Shown here: positions 56,747 to 64,000 of the stretch, in pieces
How the letters are laid out: each line of letters begins with the position of its first letter
How positions within the stretch are numbered: the stretch's first letter is position 1
From: an uncultured Candidatus Rokubacteria bacterium
GTDB taxonomy: Bacteria > Methylomirabilota > Methylomirabilia > Rokubacteriales > CSP1-6
Assembly: GCA_963754315.1 (NCBI GenBank)
Contig: CAVWFS010000002.1
Span: 29,156 to 93,155, forward strand
DNA length: 64,000 nucleotides
Direction of reading: 5' to 3'
Position numbers and translations under genes: made by a program
Notes under the pieces: generated by a model
Told to the model about the DNA's origin: nothing
Databases searched by the model: none
What the model saw: only the letters and a program-made list of their open reading frames with translations

Positions 56747-58120
56747 ATGCGTACGACCACGTCACCAGAGCCCACGCTCACCCAGCCACCCCTGACCCGG
56801 CGCCGAGTATTGCAGCATCTGGGTGCGGTGAGCTTCGGGGCGACCGCCCTCGCCGGCCTTCCTGGCCGAGCCCGGGCCCAGGCTAAGGCGCCCGTGAAGC
56901 TCACATTCTGGACGTGGGAGAACCCGCAGCAGCGCCCGTACATCGTCAATCGGATCAACATGTACATGCAGAAGAACCCGCACGTGCAGGTGGACGTGCA
57001 GGTGTTCACCTTCGGCGACCTCGGGAAGAAGGTGAGCATCGGCTTCGCCACCGGCACCGCCCCCGACGGCTTCGCCACCGGCGACTGGCTGATGCCCACG
57101 TGGCTCGCCCGCAACCTGATTGCCCCTCAGGAGGCGCAGCTCCTCGGCTATCCGTCCGTGGACGCGTTTCGCAAGGATCACGCCGATGCGTTCGTTCAGG
57201 GCTCCATTCACGACGGCAAGATCTACGGCTTCCCCCTGTGGTTCTACGGCTTCGCCAACTACCTGAACACCAAGCAATACCGGGAGGTCGGCCTCGACCC
57301 CGAGAAGGACCAGCCGCAGACCTGGGCCCAGCTCGGCGAGACCGCCAAGCGGCTCACCGTCAAGCAGGGAAACAAGTTCACCCGGCAAGGGTTCAAGTTC
57401 GCCATGCACGCCGCGCAGTGGACGATGATCCAGTTCAACCCCATCGTGGTCCAGTGCGGCGGTCAGTGGTTCGACAAGAGCGGCAAGTGCACCATCAACA
57501 ACGAGGCCGGCCTCAAGGCCATGACCATCCGCGCCTCCTTCGTGCGCCAGTACGGCGCCGAGGATCCGGCCGATACCATCGCCACCAATCCCCTGCCGCA
57601 GATGGACTGGCTCAAGGAGCGCTGCGCGATCTTCAGCTGTCATCCCATTCCGCCGGCGGCCATCAAGTCGCAGAACCCCACCATGGAGTCCGAGCACTAC
57701 TACAAGGCCGTCCTGATGCCCGGGGTTACCGGCGACAAGCGATACTCGAGCTGCTATGGGTTCAACCTGGTGGTGAGCGCCCGCGCCTCCCGGGACAAGC
57801 AAGAGGCCCTGCAAGACATGTATCGCTTCATCCTGGCCGATCCCGTGGACTGCTGGGAAGCCACCGCCCCCTTCACCATGGCGCGCAAGAGCGGCTGGAC
57901 GGACTCGCCCAAGGTGAAGACGTTTCCGGATGTGCAGGCCATCATCGCGGCCAAGGACACCGGGGTCTTCCTGCCGCGCACGCCGGTGTGGACGGAGCTG
58001 GCCGATGCCATGCACCGGGCCACCCAGAAGGTCGTGCTGAACAACGCCGACATCAAGGGCGCCCTGGACGAGGCCGCGGCCGAGGTCGACCGCGCCACCG
58101 CGGAGTTCAAGAAGGGCTAG
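56747..58120 (+). CDS. carbohydrate ABC transporter substrate-binding protein (Tat signal)
   Basis: TRRRVL Tat-like leader, LTFWTW, GTAPD, DGKIYGFP, PQTW. Confidence 0.88.
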   Translation: MRTTTSPEPTLTQPPLTRRRVLQHLGAVSFGATALAGLPGRARAQAKAPVKLTFWTWENPQQRPYIVNRINMYMQKNPHVQVDVQVFTFGDLGKKVSIGFATGTAPDGFATGDWLMPTWLARNLIAPQEAQLLGYPSVDAFRKDHADAFVQGSIHDGKIYGFPLWFYGFANYLNTKQYREVGLDPEKDQPQTWAQLGETAKRLTVKQGNKFTRQGFKFAMHAAQWTMIQFNPIVVQCGGQWFDKSGKCTINNEAGLKAMTIRASFVRQYGAEDPADTIATNPLPQMDWLKERCAIFSCHPIPPAAIKSQNPTMESEHYYKAVLMPGVTGDKRYSSCYGFNLVVSARASRDKQEALQDMYRFILADPVDCWEATAPFTMARKSGWTDSPKVKTFPDVQAIIAAKDTGVFLPRTPVWTELADAMHRATQKVVLNNADIKGALDEAAAEVDRATAEFKKG

Positions 58121-58165
58121 CCCACGACCTACGCCCTCAGAATCCGGCTGTGGGGGGTCGGCTTC

Positions 58166-58993
58166 GTGCTGCCCACCGTGGCCTTCTTCATCGTCTTCAA
58201 GTACGGCCCCATGCTGTGGGCCTTCTGGCTCGCCTTCACCTCGTACGACATGGTGAGGGCGCCGCGCTTCGTGGGCTTCGAGAACTTCATCAGCCTCGGC
58301 CGCGATCCGATCTTCACCCAGGCCCTCGCGAATACGCTCGTCTACATCGGCGGATCGACGGTGGTGATCCTGCTGGTCGCGCTGGGTCTGGCCATGGCCA
58401 TCAACACCCGCACGCGCGGCGCCCGCTACTGCCTGAGCGGCATGTTCCTCACCAACATCATGCCCATCATCGCCGTCTGCCTGGTGTGGCGATTCCTGTT
58501 TCACCCCCACGGGCTGATCAACCAGCTGCTCAGCCCGCTCGGGTTCGGGCGGATCGACTGGCTCACCAGCGAGAGCCTCGCCATGCCCGCCATCATCGGG
58601 GTCACCGTGTGGCGCTTCGCTCCCTACTTCATGGTGATCTTCCTGGCGGCTCTCGTGAATATCCCCCGTGAGTTCTACGAGGCAGCCGCCATCGACGGCG
58701 CGACCGGTCCTCGACGTTTCCGTTACATCACCCTTCCTCTCATGTATCCGGTCATGTTCTTCGTGATCGTGGTCTCCGCCTTGCTCTGCGCGCGGATCTT
58801 CCTCATGCCGTACATCATCACCGGCGGCGGACCCGGGGGCGCCACCCGCGTCCTGTCCATGCTCATCTACGAGACGGGCTTCTCGTACATGAAGATGGGA
58901 CGCGCGGCGGCCATCTCGGTGGTGCTCTTCGCCATCGCCATGGTGTTCACCCTGATGCAGATGCGGCTGTTCATGAAGGGCGAGGAGGATTGA
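58166..58993 (+). CDS. carbohydrate ABC transporter permease (MalF/UgpA-like)
   Basis: FVGFENF, EFYEAAAIDGA, FRYITLP. The frame is open back to 58121 (ACG at 58124), so the true start is uncertain. Confidence 0.9.
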   Translation: MLPTVAFFIVFKYGPMLWAFWLAFTSYDMVRAPRFVGFENFISLGRDPIFTQALANTLVYIGGSTVVILLVALGLAMAINTRTRGARYCLSGMFLTNIMPIIAVCLVWRFLFHPHGLINQLLSPLGFGRIDWLTSESLAMPAIIGVTVWRFAPYFMVIFLAALVNIPREFYEAAAIDGATGPRRFRYITLPLMYPVMFFVIVVSALLCARIFLMPYIITGGGPGGATRVLSMLIYETGFSYMKMGRAAAISVVLFAIAMVFTLMQMRLFMKGEED

Positions 58994-58994
58994 G

Positions 58995-59831
58995 ATGCGG
59001 CCACGGTGGCGCCGGGGCCTCGACACTGCGTGGCTCGGCCTTCTGCCCCTGGCCGGCCTCACGCTCCTCTTCCTCCTCCCTGTCATCTGGATGGTGACGA
59101 CGTCGTTCCAGGCCGGGGAGAAGATGTTCCAGCTCACGACGGAATGGATCCCGTCCGTGTGGCATCCCGAGAACTACCCCAACGCGCTCTCGCGGGCCAA
59201 GTTCCCTCTCTACTTCGTCAACAGCTTCGTGGTGTCGGCGCTGGTCATGGCTGGCAACCTAATCTTCTGCACCTTGGCCGGCTACGGCCTGGCCAAGTAC
59301 CGCTTTCCTGGCGACCGCTTCCTGCTTCTGGTGATCCTGAGCACGTTGATGCTGCCGCTGGAGGTGACGCTCGTCCCGACCTTCCTCATCGTCCACAAGT
59401 TCGACTGGCTCAACACCTACCAGGGCATCGCGGGGCCGCTCCTCATCGACGCCTTCGGCGTGTTCCTCATGCGCCAGTTCATGCTCAAGATTCCATCTGA
59501 CTACCTGGAAGCGGCGCGCATCGACGGAGCGAGCGAGCTACGGATCCTGACCCGCATCATCATCCCCCAGTGCAAGCCGGCCCTGGCCGTGCTGGCCATC
59601 TTCGCGTTTCGCGACAGCTGGGACCAGTTCCTGTGGCCGCTGGCCATCGTGTCGCGCGACGAGTTTCGCACCTACCCGCTCGGGCTGGTGCGCTTCGGCG
59701 AGGACTACGGCAATCCCCCGACAGAGCAGATGGCCATCGCCGTCCTGGCCACCATTCCCGTCTTCCTGCTCTTCGTGCTCCTCCAGCGGGGCTTGCGCAG
59801 CGGCTTCGGACTGTCCGGGCTGAAAGGATAG
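58995..59831 (+). CDS. carbohydrate ABC transporter permease (MalG/UgpE-like)
   Basis: ENY, AGYGLAKYRF, DYLEAARIDGA, WDQFLWPL. Confidence 0.92.
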   Translation: MRPRWRRGLDTAWLGLLPLAGLTLLFLLPVIWMVTTSFQAGEKMFQLTTEWIPSVWHPENYPNALSRAKFPLYFVNSFVVSALVMAGNLIFCTLAGYGLAKYRFPGDRFLLLVILSTLMLPLEVTLVPTFLIVHKFDWLNTYQGIAGPLLIDAFGVFLMRQFMLKIPSDYLEAARIDGASELRILTRIIIPQCKPALAVLAIFAFRDSWDQFLWPLAIVSRDEFRTYPLGLVRFGEDYGNPPTEQMAIAVLATIPVFLLFVLLQRGLRSGFGLSGLKG

Positions 59832-59842
59832 CGATCCCACGC

Positions 59843-61474
59843 TCAGCGCTGGTACTTCGTGGGCGATTGGCGCTGTGCGAAGAAGAGCGGACGTGGCATC
59901 CGTCCCACGGGGACTTCGATCAGCGCGGGACGATCGAGCTTGAGGGCCTCGCGGACCAGATTTCCCACATCGGTCGGCTGCTTGGCCCGGAACCCGGCGA
60001 GCCCGAACGCGTCCGTGAGCTTCATGAAGTCCGGATTGCGCAGATCCGCGCCGAAGTTTCCGCCCCAGGCCTCGTCGAGGTCACGCGCCACGTTACCGTA
60101 CGCGCTGTCGTTGAACACGAGCGCCACGACATTGATCCCGTACTGCACGGCGGTGGCCAGCTCCTGCACGTTGTAGAGAAAGCCGCCGTCGCCCGAGATC
60201 GAGATCACCGGACGGTTGGGGCAGGCCACCTTGGCTCCCAGCGCGACCGGGTAGGCGTAGCCCAGGTTGCCCGAGTAGGACGATGTGAGATAGGTGCGCG
60301 GCTTGTACACCGGCCAGAAAGGCCGCGAGTAGTAGCCGATCTGCGTCATGCCGGCCACGAGGATGGCATCGTCCGGCGTTGCCGCCCGCAGGGCGCGCAG
60401 GATCGACGCCTGTGGCTCCTGGACATCGGTCGCCGCGATGGCAGCCCGCAACGCCTCCCGCTCCGCTTTCCGCGGCGAGCGCGGAGCCCCGGCGGTGCGC
60501 AGCCGTTCCAGCAGTGCCTCCAGAGTCGCGCGGGCGTCACCGGCCAGGCCGAAGGTCTTCTTGTGATTGCGTCCGATCTCGTCGGGATCGATGTCGATCT
60601 GAATGACCTGCTGCTCGGGGCGGAACCCCGACAGCGCGCAGCGGCTGCCGACGGCGAGGACGAGGTCGGCTTTTTCCAGATATTGCTTGAGCGTGCTCCG
60701 GGGCCAGATGGTGGCGCCGAGCGAGAGGTCGCTGTCGTCATTGACAGCCCCCTTGCCCTCGGCCGACTGGATCACGCCTGCCTGGAGGTATTCAGCGACG
60801 GCAGCCACGGCTTCGTGGGCACCCGACAGATGCACGCCCCCGCCCGCGTAGATGACGGGGTCGTTGGCGCTCAGCAGCATCTGCGCCGCGCGATCGACGT
60901 CGGCCGCATTGGCAGCCGGCCGCACATGGCGGACCGGGTCCAGCAACTCGACCTCGCCTTCCTCCTCCATCGTTTCAGGCGGCAGCTCGATCTCGACGGG
61001 GCGCGGCCGGCCAGTCTTGAGTTGCTCGACGGCCGCCCGCACCGCAGCCGGAATCTCGGCCACCTGGAGAACGCGCCGGCGCCACTTGGTGACCGGGGCG
61101 ATGGAGTCAAGCTGGTCATTCACCTCGTGGAGAAGCCCGATGTTCTTCCCGATACTCGCGCGGGGGATCTGACCGGAAATCATCAGCACCGGTGACGAGG
61201 CCGAGTACGCCGTGCTGAGGCCGCCCAGGGTGTTGAGCAGGCCCGGGCCCGGGACCACGAGCGCAGTGCCGAAATCGCCGCCCGCCCGCGCATACCCGTC
61301 GGCCATGTACGCGGTGGCCTGCTCGTGGCGGGTCGTGATGAAACGAATGCCTGGCTCGTCTCGCAGGGCAGCCAGGGTGCCGTAGATCTGCACCCCGGGG
61401 AGCCCGAAGACCACCCGGACACCTTCACGATACAGCGACTTCACCAGCGCTTCGCCACCGGTCATCCGAGCCAT
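59843..61474 (-). CDS. thiamine-pyrophosphate-dependent enzyme (acetolactate synthase-like)
   Basis: MTGGEAL, FGLPG, RHEQATAYMADGYAR, GDGGFLY...FNDSAYG. AAGGAG SD before ATG 61474. Confidence 0.92.
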   Translation of the reverse strand: MARMTGGEALVKSLYREGVRVVFGLPGVQIYGTLAALRDEPGIRFITTRHEQATAYMADGYARAGGDFGTALVVPGPGLLNTLGGLSTAYSASSPVLMISGQIPRASIGKNIGLLHEVNDQLDSIAPVTKWRRRVLQVAEIPAAVRAAVEQLKTGRPRPVEIELPPETMEEEGEVELLDPVRHVRPAANAADVDRAAQMLLSANDPVIYAGGGVHLSGAHEAVAAVAEYLQAGVIQSAEGKGAVNDDSDLSLGATIWPRSTLKQYLEKADLVLAVGSRCALSGFRPEQQVIQIDIDPDEIGRNHKKTFGLAGDARATLEALLERLRTAGAPRSPRKAEREALRAAIAATDVQEPQASILRALRAATPDDAILVAGMTQIGYYSRPFWPVYKPRTYLTSSYSGNLGYAYPVALGAKVACPNRPVISISGDGGFLYNVQELATAVQYGINVVALVFNDSAYGNVARDLDEAWGGNFGADLRNPDFMKLTDAFGLAGFRAKQPTDVGNLVREALKLDRPALIEVPVGRMPRPLFFAQRQSPTKYQR

Positions 61475-61543
61475 TCCGCACACTCCTTGTCGACGTGGAT
61501 GATCAAGCAGCGCGCGGAACGGATCGGCGCACGCTGCGGGCTG

Positions 61544-61572
61544 AGCGTAGCCTCTCCCGTTCACCCAGTCAA
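61544..61572 (-). promoter_or_regulatory. sigma70 promoter of the TPP-enzyme gene
   Basis: TTGACT, N17, TACGCT. Confidence 0.55.
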
Positions 61573-61669
61573 TTTGGCCGGGATACACTGCGGAATCCGT
61601 GATGGCCCTCGTCATCGGCTCCGCGCAGAGCGCGCGCATCTCGGGCGGGCGGCGGCTATACTGAGAGGA

Positions 61670-62038
61670 GCGCCAGAGAAGGACGGGCGGTCGCTCGCCA
61701 CGAGCCGTGGCGAGAGGAAAGTCCGGGCTCCACAGGGCAGAGTGCTGGGTAACGCCCAGGGGGGGTGACCCCACGGACAGTGCCACAGAAAGCAAACCGC
61801 CGCCCCTGCCAAGGGGGCGGTAAGGGTGAAACGGTGAGGTAAGAGCTCACCAGCGGCGCGGGTGACCGCGTCGGCTCGGCAAACCCCACTTGGTGCAAGG
61901 CCGAATAGGAGAGCCATCGGGTGGCCCGCCCGCGCTCTCGGGTTAGGCCGCTTGAGGCGTCGGGTAACCGGCGTCCCAGAGAAATGACCGTCGCCCCTGA
62001 CGGGGCACAGAACCCGGCTTACAGTCCTTCTCTGGCGC
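61670..62038 (+). ncRNA. rnpB: RNase P RNA (bacterial type A)
   Basis: GAGGAAAGTCCGGGCTC, AGTGCCACAGAAA, GGGTGAAACGG, GGCAAACCCC, ACAGAACCCGGCTTA. P1 gcgccagagaaggac/gtccttctctggcgc. TATACT upstream. Confidence 0.98.
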
Positions 62039-62269
62039 GTTTTCTTCCGTTCTGCGCATTTTCATACTTTCTGGCCGGTTCCATGACGCCAGTTCGAGTT
62101 TTCACGCTGGAGAGACAGAAGGACTTCTTTGTCTCGTCGGTCGTCGACGACGTCGGCGATGACTTGGTCGGAGGCGTATCGTTGCAGGGACGCCTTGTCG
62201 ACTCTGCGCTTCAGAACCTATGATGCGGGCATCGTGAGCCAGGAAACTGTTCGCGTTCTCCTCTACGGA

Positions 62270-62500
62270 ATGACGACCTCTGCACCGTGGCTGGTGCGCG
62301 AAGCGAGCCCACCCGCACCACGCCCGCCCCGGCTTCTCGACCGGGTCCGCGAGGCCATCCGCTCCAGGCACTACAGTCGGCGAACCGAGAAGGCCTACGT
62401 CCACTGGATCCGGCGATTCATCTTCTTCCACGGCAAGCGGCACCCCGCCGAGATGGGCGCCGCTGAGGTCGCGGCCTTCCTGACGTCGCTTGCCGTGCAG
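62270..62500 (+). pseudogene. intI: N-terminal fragment of an integron integrase (SAM-like domain only)
   Basis: [56 protein letters not shown]. Catalytic domain absent. Confidence 0.85.
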
Positions 62501-62501
62501 A

Positions 62502-62656
62502 TTCGTGGACAAGATCTTGAGGGGAGCAATCCCGGAGACTTGCCCGTCGAGCAGCCGACCAAGTTCGAGCTGGTCGTCAACCTGAAGACGGCGAAGGCGC
62601 TCGGCCTGAGAATCCCATCGAGAGTGCTGGACCGGGCAGATAGAGTTTTCGAATGA
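62502..62656 (+). pseudogene. C-terminal fragment of an ABC substrate-binding protein (ABC_sub_bind type)
   Basis: FVDKILRG (one frame) then [26 protein letters not shown]...RADRVFE (another frame). Confidence 0.8.
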
Positions 62657-62692
62657 TCATGCGCCGCACCAGCGATCGTGGTGGCCACTCCC

Positions 62693-62750
62693 GCCCAACA
62701 ACCGATTCGAACGGACCGGCTTCGCCGGCCGCTCAACCGGAGCGTTGGGC
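62693..62750 (+). mobile_element. integron attC recombination site
   Basis: R'' GCCCAAC, 5-nt spacer, L'' ATTCGAAC, inner stem, L' GCTCAAC, 6-nt spacer, R' GTTGGGC. 58 bp with extrahelical bases. Confidence 0.85.
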
Positions 62751-62820
62751 GCACACGAAAGAGCCTCGAGGATGGGGGGGCATCGTCGCCGTCACTCGTA
62801 AGACCAGAACGGCCGAAGGT

Positions 62821-64000
62821 GTGAGGCCTCCTGCCATCTTCAAGCACCTTGTGGGTCTCGTGCTGTTCGGCGGGCTGCTCGGCGGCGCCTTCACAACTGA
62901 GGCTGAGCCGTCTTCGAACGTCGCCTATCGCAAGATCGACGTTCAAGACGCGGCCACGGGCGAGTTGTTCCCTGCTGCTCTTTGGTATCCGACCCGCGCA
63001 GCGCCCGCTCCTCTCTTCCTGACCGGGTCCCTCTCCGGGTGCAGGTTGCCCGCGATGCTGTGCCGGTTAATCGCGTTCGAGATGCAGGTGGCCAACAATG
63101 CTCCGCCGGCTGACGGGAAGTTCGGGTTCATCGTCATATCACATGGGGCCGGCGGGCTCTCCTTGAACCACCGAGACCTAGCGATGGCGCTGGCCTCGCA
63201 TGGCTATGTCGTCGCCGCCCCTACGCACCCACGAGGAAGGGACAACGACATCTCCGGTGTCGGCGTGTGGGTCGGGCGGCCGAAGCAAGTCTCCCGCGTC
63301 ATCGATGCGCTGCTGGAAGACGCGGAGCTCGGTTCCCACATCCAGCGGGAGCGCATCGGGGTCGTGGGCCACTCAAACGGTGGCTACACCGCGCTGGCCG
63401 TTGCCGGCGCGAAGCCGAATCCCGCTGCCATCGTTGCGCACTGCCGACAGCATCCCGACGATTCCAGGTTCTGCTCTCAGGGTGGTGCTGCGACGCGGGA
63501 AGCCGCCCGGAATGTCGGCGATATTCCGGATGTCCGTGATCCTCGTGTGCGCGCCATCGTGCTCATGGCGCCGAATACCGCCCCCTTCACCGACGACGCG
63601 CTCGCACAGGTGGCCGTTCCGGTCCGGGTGTACGGCGCGGAGCGCGATGACCTGACCCTCGTGCGGTATCACGCCGAGCGCCTCGCGAAGGCGCTGCCGC
63701 CTCAGACGGAATACGTTCTCGTCAAACGGGCCGGGCATTTCTCGTTTGTCGCGAGTTTCCCAGGGGTACTGAAATTCGTGGCCGGGGAGGCCGCGCAAGA
63801 CCCGGAAGGCCTCGATCGCGATGCGATGCACGAGGTGATGAACCGCGAGATCGTCGAGTTCTTCCATCGCACGCTGCCGTCTGGCCAAACACGCCAGACA
63901 ACGGCGGGCCGCCCACGCCATCATGTGGCTCACGCGAGTCCAAAGGTGGTAAGGACCGGGGAGGAGGATGCCTCGATTCCAGCCGCTATGGCCCCGAACT
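62821..64000 (+). CDS. secreted alpha/beta hydrolase (dienelactone hydrolase/PAF-AH-like), likely cassette gene; runs off window end
   Basis: Manual translation from GTG 62821: hydrophobic leader, ALWYP, ISHGAGG, LASHGYVVAAPTH, GVVGHSNGGYT, DPRVRAIVLMAP, AGHFSF. No stop before 64000. Confidence 0.85.
   Translation, partial: MRPPAIFKHLVGLVLFGGLLGGAFTTEAEPSSNVAYRKIDVQDAATGELFPAALWYPTRAAPAPLFLTGSLSGCRLPAMLCRLIAFEMQVANNAPPADGKFGFIVISHGAGGLSLNHRDLAMALASHGYVVAAPTHPRGRDNDISGVGVWVGRPKQVSRVIDALLEDAELGSHIQRERIGVVGHSNGGYTALAVAGAKPNPAAIVAHCRQHPDDSRFCSQGGAATREAARNVGDIPDVRDPRVRAIVLMAPNTAPFTDDALAQVAVPVRVYGAERDDLTLVRYHAERLAKALPPQTEYVLVKRAGHFSFVASFPGVLKFVAGEAAQDPEGLDRDAMHEVMNREIVEFFHRTLPSGQTRQTTAGRPRHHVAHASPKVVRTGEEDASIPAAMAPN

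Noticed and set aside
62129..62656. Functional IntI-SBP fusion protein
   Set aside because: Both parts are small fragments, and the SBP homology (FVDKILRG) begins in a different frame, so the continuous ORF looks accidental.

Overview
High-GC bacterial chromosomal segment, mostly housekeeping. Gene style and repeat families resemble Ca. Rokubacteria/Methylomirabilota, which is an inference and unverified. It carries mreBCD-mrdA-rodA-rng; a cold-shock gene; an ABC-F ATPase, MFS transporter and AlkA-family glycosylase; three tandem KimA-like K+ transporters; rpsF-ssb-rpsR-rplI-dnaB; groES-groEL with a perfect CIRCE; an MrfA/MrfB-like repair pair; rlmD; dciA-TPR-lolB-like-ispE-tRNA-Gln-prs-rplY-pth-hppA; mutS2-dnaG-rpoD-tRNA(CAT); rnhA; a sugar ABC cluster; RNase P RNA; and an integron remnant (truncated intI, one canonical attC, then a hydrolase gene). 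Several genes, some normally essential, carry single-base frameshifts that look like sequencing errors. The most striking unannotated element is a ~340-nt structured minus-strand unit (11126-11465) with a 13-codon ORF (MCKPTVICEVVAS). Its ribosome-binding region is a 17-nt exact complement of the consensus 16S rRNA 3' end, and a second 8-nt block is complementary to helix 45. Also notable: rpsF and rpsR appear to use non-AUG starts in a shared context, a CsoR-type operator precedes a DUF2889/AIR-synthase-like operon, and there are two dispersed palindromic repeat families.
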